Positions 30,220-38,485 of a DNA stretch of 64,000 nucleotides are shown here, in pieces. Each line of letters starts with the position of its first letter. The stretch's first letter is position 1. The position numbers and the translations under genes were made by a program. Origin of the DNA: an uncultured Alphaproteobacteria bacterium (lineage in GTDB: Bacteria; Pseudomonadota; Alphaproteobacteria; Rhizobiales; Beijerinckiaceae). The notes below the pieces were generated by a model, which was not told where the DNA came from, made no database searches, and saw nothing but the letters and a program-made list of their open reading frames with translations. The stretch is taken from NCBI GenBank assembly GCA_963702825.1, contig CAVPEE010000026.1, positions 1,608-65,607 on the forward strand, written 5' to 3'.

Positions 30220-31389
30220 CTAGGCGCCGCTTGGCGTCAACACGACCTTCATGCAGGCGTCGATATCGAAGGCCTGGGCCATCGCCTTGTCCACCTCATG
30301 GACCGGAAATTCGTGGGTGACGAACTTTTGCAGCGGATAGGCTTTCTTGAATTTGTTCAGGAGACGCAGGCTGCTCGGGTAGCCGGTCGGGGGATGGTTG
30401 GTCATTCCATAGAGGCGGATCTGGTTGGCCAGCAAATGCCGGTGCGGATTGATCGGGATGTCTCCGACATCGGCGAACACGCCCGCGACAAAATAGGCGC
30501 CGCCGCGCCGCGCCATCTCCAGCCCCTCGGGGATCGCCTCGGCGACCCCGGTGCATTCCACGACGACGTCGCCGCCACGGCCCTCGGTCAGATCCCGCAC
30601 GGCCTGAACGCGATCGGCCTGGGTCGTGCCGTTCAGGCTGATCACGGCATCGGCGCCGAAATCCTTCGCCAATTGAAGCCTGAAATCGGAACGGTCGATC
30701 GCGATGATCGTGCCCGCGCCCATGAGCCGGCTTTTGAGAACATGCAGGAGGCCGAGCGGACCCACGCCCTGGATGACGATGTTCGCGCCTGAGCCGAACC
30801 CTTCCCCTCCCATGGTGTAAAGCTCTTTGGCCTTGTCCAGATTGAAGGTGCAGGTCATGAGTTCCGACATGACCGCGATGCGCGGCTCCATGTCCTCGGG
30901 GACCTTGAACACGAAGGCGTCCTTGCGGACATAAATGTAGTCGGCCCAGCCGCCCATCAGATGCGGGCCTTCGTCGCAGGTGAAGGCGTTGCCGTAGCCT
31001 TTGATGTTCTGGCACAGCGGAAAGCCGAACGTATTCCTGCAATACCAGCACTTGCCGCAGAGAATGTCGGGACACATGACGACCCGGTCGCCGATCTTGA
31101 GCTCCTGCCCGGCATATTCGAGGGAATGACGGGCAGTCCTGCCGATCTCGGCGACCTTGCCCACGATCTCGTGCCCGGGAATGATCGGGAAAGGCGTATG
31201 GGATTCCGCCGGCGTTCCCGCATATTGCACCGTCTCGCCGCGGAACGTGTGCTTGTCCGTTCCGCAGATGCCGCACATTTCGAGTTCGATGACCATCGAG
31301 ACATCATCGATTTCCGGATAGGGATAGCGTCTGACTTCGAACCTTCCCGGCGCCGTCATCACCGCGGCGTTGACGCTGTTCTGCTTCAT
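30220..31389 (-). CDS. Zinc-binding alcohol dehydrogenase (MDR)
   Basis: CGICGTD, PGHEIVG, CGKCWYC..C, GVGPLG. Confidence 0.93.
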   Translation of the reverse strand: MKQNSVNAAVMTAPGRFEVRRYPYPEIDDVSMVIELEMCGICGTDKHTFRGETVQYAGTPAESHTPFPIIPGHEIVGKVAEIGRTARHSLEYAGQELKIGDRVVMCPDILCGKCWYCRNTFGFPLCQNIKGYGNAFTCDEGPHLMGGWADYIYVRKDAFVFKVPEDMEPRIAVMSELMTCTFNLDKAKELYTMGGEGFGSGANIVIQGVGPLGLLHVLKSRLMGAGTIIAIDRSDFRLQLAKDFGADAVISLNGTTQADRVQAVRDLTEGRGGDVVVECTGVAEAIPEGLEMARRGGAYFVAGVFADVGDIPINPHRHLLANQIRLYGMTNHPPTGYPSSLRLLNKFKKAYPLQKFVTHEFPVHEVDKAMAQAFDIDACMKVVLTPSGA

Positions 31390-31425
31390 TGTTGATCCCG
31401 GAAATTCGGCTGCGGCGCCGAAGCC

Positions 31426-32553
31426 CTAGTCGAACACGATGACCTGCCGCACCCCGACCCCTTCGCGCAGCCGGTCGAAGCCCTCGTTGATCTCCTCGAG
31501 CTTCAGGCGATGGGTGAGCAGCTGGTCGACCGGCAGGCGGCCGGCGCGAAAGAGCGCGATCATGCGCGGCACGTCGCGCTGGGGAGCGGACGAGCCGACA
31601 TAGGAGCCCTTCAGGGTGCGCTCCTCGGCGACCAGCGCGAGCGGGGAGAGGGTCATGCGCTTGTCCGGATGGGGCAGGCCGGCGGTCACGGTCATGCCGC
31701 CGCGGGCGGTCGCGGCATAAGCAAGCTCGAGCGCCGGAACCGAGCCCGCCATCTCGAAGGCGACATCGACGCCATTGCCGGACATGCGCCGGATTTCGCC
31801 AACCGCGTCGTTCGAGCGCGCGTTCACCGTCTGCGTCGCCCCGAGTTTCGTGGCGAAAGCGAGCTTTTCGTCCGAGAGATCGACGGCGATGATCTGACGC
31901 GCGCCGGCGAGCCTCGCGCCGAGAACGACGCTCAAGCCCACGCCGCCCAAGCCCACCACGGCGACCGATTGGCCCGGCTCGAGTTTGGCGGTGTTGACGA
32001 CCGCGCCAACCCCGGTCAGCACCGCGCAGCCGAACAAAGCCGCGAGCTCGAGCGGCAGGTCGGGGTCGATCTTCACGCAGGACTCGCGCGCCACAACCGC
32101 GTGGGTTGAAAAAGCCGCGACCCCGAGCAGGTGGTTGACCGGCTCAGCCTCGAACGAAAGCCGCCGCTCGCCGGAGAGCAGCGTTCCGGCGGCGTTCGCC
32201 TTGGCGGCCGGCTCACAGAGCGCCGGACGTCCCGACGCGCACGGGCCGCAGCGGCCGCAGCTTGGGACGAACACCAGCACCACGTGATCCCCGGCCTGGA
32301 GGTCGGTCACGCCGTCGCCGACCGCCTCGACGATTCCCGCCGCCTCGTGCCCAAGCGCCATTGGCGTCGGTCGCGGTCGCGAGCCGTCGATCACCGACAG
32401 ATCCGAATGGCAGAGGCCCGCCGCCGCCATTTTCACCTGGACTTCGCCCCGACCCGGCGGGGCGAGGTCGAGCTCGATGACTTCGAGCGGCTTTGATTCC
32501 GCATAGGGCGGGGGGAGGCCGGGCTGGCGAAGAACGGCGGCTTGAATGCGCAT
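31426..32553 (-). CDS. Zinc-dependent alcohol dehydrogenase (class III-like)
   Basis: GLCHSD, GHEAAG, CGRCGPC..C, FGCAVLTG, GLGGVG. Confidence 0.93.
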   Translation of the reverse strand: MRIQAAVLRQPGLPPPYAESKPLEVIELDLAPPGRGEVQVKMAAAGLCHSDLSVIDGSRPRPTPMALGHEAAGIVEAVGDGVTDLQAGDHVVLVFVPSCGRCGPCASGRPALCEPAAKANAAGTLLSGERRLSFEAEPVNHLLGVAAFSTHAVVARESCVKIDPDLPLELAALFGCAVLTGVGAVVNTAKLEPGQSVAVVGLGGVGLSVVLGARLAGARQIIAVDLSDEKLAFATKLGATQTVNARSNDAVGEIRRMSGNGVDVAFEMAGSVPALELAYAATARGGMTVTAGLPHPDKRMTLSPLALVAEERTLKGSYVGSSAPQRDVPRMIALFRAGRLPVDQLLTHRLKLEEINEGFDRLREGVGVRQVIVFD

Positions 32554-32722
32554 GGGGATCAGGGTCTCGGAACCGGAAACGCCGATGCTGGGCGAGATCG
32601 GCAGGCGGGGCAACTGGAAAATTAACCCGCCGCGAGGCCCGCTCTTGCGCCGCGAATGCGCTCGCGCCACATAGGTTTCGAGCCGCTTCGCCCTGATGCG
32701 GGCGCCGTCCGGAGCTTAAGTC

Positions 32723-32983
32723 ATGCCGCAAACCAACAGCCGCTTTTTCGACGACCTCTCGCGTCTCATGACCGATGCGGCGGGCCTTGCCGACGGCGCG
32801 AAACGTGAGGCGCAGACCTTCGCCCGCTCGCAGATGGAGCGGATGATGGCCGGCATGAACGTCGTCACCCGCGAGGAGTTCGAGGCGGTCAAGGAAATGG
32901 CGGCGCGGGCGCGCGACGAGAACGAGAAGCTTGCCGCAAGGGTAGCCGCGCTCGAGGCGAGGCTCAACGAGCCAAGGCCTTGA
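32723..32983 (+). CDS. UbiK/BMFP family accessory factor
   Basis: RFFDDL..VVTREEFEAVK.MA..AR.ENE.L. Confidence 0.88.
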   Translation: MPQTNSRFFDDLSRLMTDAAGLADGAKREAQTFARSQMERMMAGMNVVTREEFEAVKEMAARARDENEKLAARVAALEARLNEPRP

Positions 32984-33150
32984 TCGGACTCGCATTCCCT
33001 TAGCAGAGCCTTGATTCCGTTAACTGATTTTGTGGACCCGGGTTGGTAATCGGTTTACGAACGGGCGCGAATCAGCAAGGTTGTAGTGGGTTGCGCGACT
33101 GAAAGGTCGACGCGGCCCCTGCTTTGTCCTCGATCCGCCGAAAGACCCTG

Positions 33151-33660
33151 ATGACCTTCATCGACACCGACACCAGCGCTGGCGAGCGCCGCGAGCATCC
33201 CGTCGACGTCGTCGAGCGATTGGCCGCCGTCAACGAGTGGACCTTTGATCGGGCCGAGACGGACGAGATTTCAATCCTGGTCTCGGGCAAGTTCGCCAAT
33301 TACGACGTCGCCTTCACCTGGCTGCCGGATATGGAATCCCTGCACGTCAGCTGTTCGTTCGATCTCAAGACGCCTGCGCACAAGCGCGCGGCGATCGGCG
33401 AACTGACGCAGCTCATCAATGAACAATTGTGGCTTGGGCATTTCGACCAGTGGAGCCAGCAGGACGTGGTGATGTTTCGTCACGCTTTGTGCTTGGCGGG
33501 AGGCGCGGGCGCGAACGACGCGCAGTGCACGGCCGTGGTGAATGCGGCTCTCGAAGCCTGTGAGACCTATTACCAGGCGTTCCAGTTCGTCTTGTGGGCG
33601 AATCGCCAGCCGCGCGAGGCGATCGCGTTCGCGACTTTCGAGACCCGCGGCGCGGCCTGA
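33151..33660 (+). CDS. YbjN-domain protein
   Basis: HPVDVVE, INEQLWLGHF, CETYYQAFQFV, ending FETRGAA. Confidence 0.85.
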   Translation: MTFIDTDTSAGERREHPVDVVERLAAVNEWTFDRAETDEISILVSGKFANYDVAFTWLPDMESLHVSCSFDLKTPAHKRAAIGELTQLINEQLWLGHFDQWSQQDVVMFRHALCLAGGAGANDAQCTAVVNAALEACETYYQAFQFVLWANRQPREAIAFATFETRGAA

Positions 33661-33720
33661 AGCAGGGCCGGACCCAAAAAGCTGGATCAGGCATGCCCGC
33701 ATGGGCATAACCTGATCGCG

Positions 33721-34143
33721 ATGCTGCCGCGTCTACGCCAAGCCACAACGCTCGACCTGCCTCGGATCTCCGAGGTACGGCATGGAACGGCTGAAAATCG
33801 GCTTGAGGATCCGTCGCTCGTTACGCCCGCGGAAGTCGAGTGGTATCTGAACGAGGCGATTTTCCTTGTTTCCGAGGACGATGCCGGAATTCAAGGTTTT
33901 GCCTGCGCAAACCACCAGACGGGTTACGTCTGGGCGCTGTTCGTGATCGATGGCGCTCAGGGTCGCGGTCACGGGACTGCGCTCCTGAATGAAGTGATTG
34001 AGCGATTTCGGCAGGCCGGACACCGGCAGGCGTTCCTGACGACCGGCAAAGACACCAAAGCGGCGGCCTTCTACCGGTCAAAGGGCTGGACGCAGACAGG
34101 CGTCGACAGGCGCGGTCAGGCGGTTTTTCGGCTTTGGCTTTAA
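33721..34143 (+). CDS. GNAT family N-acetyltransferase
   Basis: WALFV..QGRGHG..FY...GW. Confidence 0.88.
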   Translation: MLPRLRQATTLDLPRISEVRHGTAENRLEDPSLVTPAEVEWYLNEAIFLVSEDDAGIQGFACANHQTGYVWALFVIDGAQGRGHGTALLNEVIERFRQAGHRQAFLTTGKDTKAAAFYRSKGWTQTGVDRRGQAVFRLWL

Positions 34144-34233
34144 GAACGACTGGCGCTTGGGCTCGATTGCGTGTAAGAGCCGCCCCTTCTTATTTCCGGG
34201 CCTCGCGCCCGCTTCTGAATTGGAGTTCCCCCG

Positions 34234-34428
34234 GTGGCCGTTCCCAGACGCAAAACTTCGCCCTCGCGACGCGGCATGCGCCGCTCGGCCGACGCGCTCA
34301 AAGCCCCGTCATATGTCGAAGACAAGGATTCGGGCGAACTGCGCCGCCCGCACCATATCGACCTCAAGAGCGGCATGTATCGGGGCCGCCAGGTTCTCAA
34401 GCCCAAGTCCAAGAACGTCGACGCTTGA
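34234..34428 (+). CDS. rpmF: 50S ribosomal protein L32
   Basis: [33 protein letters not shown]. Confidence 0.95.
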   Translation: MAVPRRKTSPSRRGMRRSADALKAPSYVEDKDSGELRRPHHIDLKSGMYRGRQVLKPKSKNVDA

Positions 34429-34436
34429 GCCGCGGG

Positions 34437-34504
34437 TCCCCTCTCCTACGGGAGAGGGCTAGGGTGAGGGTTTCGCGTGCAAAGCGCGCTCTCCCTCATC
34501 CGGC
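34437..34504. repeat. REP-like alphaproteobacterial palindrome
   Basis: CCCTCTCC-TACG-GGAGAGGG hairpin, then GGGTGAGGG...CCCTCATCC. Confidence 0.7.
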
Positions 34505-34628
34505 GGGCCACATTACCAAGCTTTCATGTTCACGCCATCGCGTGTTTAGGCGGCCGGGCGCATTCTCTCAATCGTGAGGCGGCGGGGACAGTCTCCGCGG
34601 CAATGATCGAGATGGCTCGGAGCGCTTG

Positions 34629-36134
34629 ATGTCGTTTGATCGACCCTCTTATTCTCTCCGTGCGGCGCTTCTGGGCGCCGTCGCGCTGGCGGCCCTTGGC
34701 GGGGTCGCGGTCGAAACATCGGTCGCGCCCGTTTCTGCCGCCGCCACGACCGCGCAAGCCCCGGCAGGCCCAGCCTCCTTCGCTGACGTCGTCGACCGCG
34801 TGAAGCCCGCCGTCGTTTCGGTCAAGGTCAAGCTCAGCGACGCCGACCCGGTTGATGACGAAGACTCTGACGGGATCCCGGGTATGCCGGATATCCCGAA
34901 GAACAGCCCGTTCTACCGTTTCTTCCGCCACTTCGGCATGCCGGACAACAATGGCGGCGCCGATCGCGGCAACCAGGCGCCGCGCCATCATTTCTCACAG
35001 GCTCAAGGATCGGGATTCTTCATTTCGGGCGACGGCTATATCGTCACCAACAACCATGTCGTCGATCATGCCTCCGAGGTGACCGTCACAACGGCCGAGG
35101 GCAAGTCGATGTCGGCCAAGGTGATCGGCGTCGACAGCAAAACGGATCTTGCGCTGTTGAAGGCCGAAGGCGGCGGCTTCCCCTATGTGACGTTCGCCGC
35201 TCATACGCCGCGCGTCGGCGATTGGGTGATTGCGGTCGGCAACCCGTTCGGCCTCGGCGGAACCGTGACCGCGGGCATCGTCTCGGCTCGCGGACGCGAC
35301 ATCGGCTCGGGCCCTTATGACGACTTCCTGCAGATCGACGCGCCGGTCAATCACGGCAATTCCGGCGGCCCGACCTTCAACGCCGAAGGCGAGGTGGTCG
35401 GCGTCAACACAGCAATCTTCTCGCCGTCGGGCGGCAGCGTCGGCATCGGCTTCGCCATCGCCAGCGACGTCGTCAAGGACGTCGTGCAGCAGCTCAAGGA
35501 CAACGGCTCGGTCACGCGCGGTTGGATCGGAGTTCAGATCCAGAATGTGACCGCGGACCTGGCCGACGACCTCGGCCTCAAGGAGCAGACCGGCGCGCTG
35601 GTGGCTGCGGCGCAGAAGGATTCCCCAGCCGCCGCCGCGGGGGTGAAGAGCGGCGACGTCATCACCGCGGTCGACGGCGAAACGGTCGCCGATCCGCACG
35701 ATCTCGCCCGCCGGATCGCGGCGCTTGGCCCGAAGAAGACCGTCAAGCTCGCGCTCATTCGGAACGGGTCGCCGATGACCATCGACGTGGTCCTCGGAAC
35801 GATGCCCGCCGACAAGACGGCGGCTGCGGAATCGCGAAACTCGGACGACGACAACGGAGCTTCGGCGCTGGCCAAGCTCGGGCTGACTTTGCGCCCGGCG
35901 CACGGACAGGATGGCGTCGTCGTTGCGGAAGTCGACCCGGACGGGGCGGCCGCGGACAAGGGCCTGAAGCAGGGCGATGTGATCCTCGAGGTCGCGGGCA
36001 AGTCGGTCAACCGGCCGGCCGACGTCGTCGACGCGATCGACGCGGCCAAGTCAGGCGGCAAGAAATCGGTTCTGGTGCGTGTCAAATCCAACGATGGAGA
36101 GCGCTACCTGACGCTGCCCACGCGCGCGTCTTAA
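34629..36134 (+). CDS. Do/DegQ family periplasmic serine protease (HtrA)
   Basis: GSGFF, VTNNHV, DLALL, GNPFG, GNSGGP, two PDZ domains. Confidence 0.95.
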   Translation: MSFDRPSYSLRAALLGAVALAALGGVAVETSVAPVSAAATTAQAPAGPASFADVVDRVKPAVVSVKVKLSDADPVDDEDSDGIPGMPDIPKNSPFYRFFRHFGMPDNNGGADRGNQAPRHHFSQAQGSGFFISGDGYIVTNNHVVDHASEVTVTTAEGKSMSAKVIGVDSKTDLALLKAEGGGFPYVTFAAHTPRVGDWVIAVGNPFGLGGTVTAGIVSARGRDIGSGPYDDFLQIDAPVNHGNSGGPTFNAEGEVVGVNTAIFSPSGGSVGIGFAIASDVVKDVVQQLKDNGSVTRGWIGVQIQNVTADLADDLGLKEQTGALVAAAQKDSPAAAAGVKSGDVITAVDGETVADPHDLARRIAALGPKKTVKLALIRNGSPMTIDVVLGTMPADKTAAAESRNSDDDNGASALAKLGLTLRPAHGQDGVVVAEVDPDGAAADKGLKQGDVILEVAGKSVNRPADVVDAIDAAKSGGKKSVLVRVKSNDGERYLTLPTRAS

Positions 36135-36141
36135 GTTTACC

Positions 36142-36329
36142 CGGCGTCCCACGGGTTCCCCCGTAGGACGCCGACATGAAATTGGCGGAAAGGATCATGG
36201 GCACGTCCCCGGCCCAGCGCATAGCGCGCCTTTCCGTCCAAGTCGGCGTCGCACACATCCCCGCCCGCGCGACTCCGACAAAAGTGGCGGCAGGTCCCAA
36301 TCCCCCGCGGGCCTGCCGCCATCTTTTTT
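36142..36329 (+). ncRNA. Candidate structured RNA: four hairpins with C-rich loops ending in a terminator
   Basis: Stems at 36142-36173, 36182-36241, 36242-36279 and 36285-36321, then a U-tract. Each carries UCCCC in or next to the loop. Confidence 0.5.
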
Positions 36330-36354
36330 CGCCTTAGCGCCCGGGTTTCGCTAT

Positions 36355-37047
36355 ATGTCCGACATGCGCATCCTCATTATCGAAGACGATCGCGACGCGG
36401 CTGCGTATCTGGCCAAGGCGTTCAAGGAGGCCGGACATGTCGCCGACCAGGCGAATGACGGCGTCACCGGATACGATTTGGCGCTCGAAGGCGCTTATGA
36501 CGTCGCCATCGTCGATCGCATGTTGCCGAAAATGGACGGCCTCACGCTGGTTGGCGCGCTTCGCGAGCAGAAAAACGAGACGCCGGTCCTGATCCTCTCG
36601 GCGCTCGGCCAGGTCGACGACCGGGTCAAGGGCTTGCGCGCCGGCGGCGACGATTATCTGTCGAAGCCTTATGCCTTCTCCGAGCTTCTGGCCCGGGTTG
36701 AAGCGCTGGCGCGCCGCGGGCCCAAGGGCGCGCCGGAGGAGACGGTGCTCAGGGTCGCCGACCTGATGCTTGATCGGCTGTCGCACAAAGTCACGCGTCG
36801 GTCTGAGGAAATCGTCTTGCAGCCGCGCGAATTCCGGTTGCTCGAATTTCTGATGCAGAACGCTGGCAAGGTGGTGACGCGCACCATGCTGCTCGAACAT
36901 GTGTGGGACTATCACTTCGATCCGCAGACCAATGTGATCGATGTGCACGTGTCGCGCCTGCGCGCCAAGATCGATCGCGATTTCGATGCGCCGCTGCTCA
37001 ACACGGTCCGCGGCGCCGGTTACATGATTCGTGACGGCGCTCGGTAA
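36355..37047 (+). CDS. OmpR-family response regulator
   Basis: IIEDD, DRMLP, DDYLSKP, TNVIDVHVSRLR, TVRGAGY. Confidence 0.95.
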   Translation: MSDMRILIIEDDRDAAAYLAKAFKEAGHVADQANDGVTGYDLALEGAYDVAIVDRMLPKMDGLTLVGALREQKNETPVLILSALGQVDDRVKGLRAGGDDYLSKPYAFSELLARVEALARRGPKGAPEETVLRVADLMLDRLSHKVTRRSEEIVLQPREFRLLEFLMQNAGKVVTRTMLLEHVWDYHFDPQTNVIDVHVSRLRAKIDRDFDAPLLNTVRGAGYMIRDGAR

Positions 37048-38485
37048 GCTCTTCGGAGCCACCGCTTTTCGACTCGCGCTGGCGATCCTTCTTCTCAGCG
37101 CGATCGGCTCCGGCATCGTCCTGACCGTCATCGCCTGGCAAGTCGTTTCGGTGGTGGACAAAGAGATCGCGCGAACGATCGACGCGGAATCGCAGGGCCT
37201 CATCGACGCCTTCGACAATGCCGGGATAGGAAGGCTCGAGGCCGTGATCGAGGCGCGCAAACGCGAGCCTGGCTCTTCCCTCTACCTGCTCACCAACCCG
37301 ATCGGTGAACCGCTCGCTGGCAATGTCGAGCAGATCCCCGCCGAGGTGCTGCTGCACCCGGGCTTTCTGCCGATCATCTACCGCGGCAGCGGGAGCAGCG
37401 ATCGCGGGCGGCAGGCGCTCGTGGGAGTCTACATTCTGCCAGGCGGCTTCCGCCTGTTGATTGGGCATGATCTCGGCGACCGGGCCCGCATCGGCAAGGT
37501 GATGGTGCGCGCGCTGGCGATTTCGCTGGTGTTCTTCGCCGTGCTGGGGGCGGTTGGCGCTCTGTTTGTCGCTCGACGGGTTCTCAAGCGCATCGACGAC
37601 ATAAGCACTTCGGCGCATGGGATCATGGCCGGCGACCTCACCCGTCGCCTGCCGGTGTCCGGCTCAGGCGACGAATTGGATCGGCTGGCGGAAGGCCTGA
37701 ACGAGATGCTCGGCCGGATCTCGGAATTGATGGAAGGCCTGCAGGAGGTTTCCGACAACATCGCGCACGACTTGCGCACGCCGCTGACCCGCTTGCGCAA
37801 CCATGCCGAAGCCGCGCTCGCCTTCGGCGGCGACGCCGCGACTTATCGTCAGGCGCTGGAGAAGACGATCGAGGAATTGGACCAGCTCATTCGGATCTTC
37901 AACGCGCTCCTGTTGATCGCCCGCGCGGAGGCGGGTGGCGACCTGGGGCCGCTTCAACCATTCGACGTGGGCGAAGCGGCCAGGAGCGTCGCCGAACTCT
38001 ACGAGCCGATCGCCGAAGAGGAGGGCGTCGCGTTGATTGTTCGCGTCGACGATGGGCTCAAGATCCGTGGCAATCGCGAGCTCATCGGCCAGGCGATCGC
38101 CAATCTCGTCGATAACGCGTTCAAATATGGCGCGCCCCAGAAGGGCATTGGCGAAGCCGAGGCGAAGCCGGACGTCGTCATAACGGCGCGGCGGGCCGGG
38201 AAATCGGTTGTGCTCACGATCGCCGACCGGGGTCCGGGGATTGCGCCGGAAGACCGGGCGCGGGTCCTCGACCGGTTCGTCCGGCTTGAAGGCTCGCGTT
38301 CGCGGCCGGGCTCGGGCTTAGGACTTTCGCTCGCCGCCGCCATCGCGCGCATGCATGGCGGAACGGTCGACCTCGAGGACAATCAGCCTGGGCTTCGCGT
38401 GCGCCTGACCTTGCCGGCGGCGGACGACCGGCCCCACGCGCTGGCCCCCGCCGACCTGGTCTTGAATGACCGCAGCGCTCGCTGA
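37031..38485 (+). CDS. HAMP-domain sensor histidine kinase
   Basis: Two TMs, AHDLRTPL, NLVDNA.KY, DRGPG, GSGLGL. Confidence 0.95.
   Translation: MTALGKLFGATAFRLALAILLLSAIGSGIVLTVIAWQVVSVVDKEIARTIDAESQGLIDAFDNAGIGRLEAVIEARKREPGSSLYLLTNPIGEPLAGNVEQIPAEVLLHPGFLPIIYRGSGSSDRGRQALVGVYILPGGFRLLIGHDLGDRARIGKVMVRALAISLVFFAVLGAVGALFVARRVLKRIDDISTSAHGIMAGDLTRRLPVSGSGDELDRLAEGLNEMLGRISELMEGLQEVSDNIAHDLRTPLTRLRNHAEAALAFGGDAATYRQALEKTIEELDQLIRIFNALLLIARAEAGGDLGPLQPFDVGEAARSVAELYEPIAEEEGVALIVRVDDGLKIRGNRELIGQAIANLVDNAFKYGAPQKGIGEAEAKPDVVITARRAGKSVVLTIADRGPGIAPEDRARVLDRFVRLEGSRSRPGSGLGLSLAAAIARMHGGTVDLEDNQPGLRVRLTLPAADDRPHALAPADLVLNDRSAR

Noticed and set aside
29203-30792. 529-aa plus-strand ORF with an internal repeat
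   Set aside because: Mostly antisense to the ADH and its duplicated end. Only the central His/Gly-rich part belongs to the real small gene.
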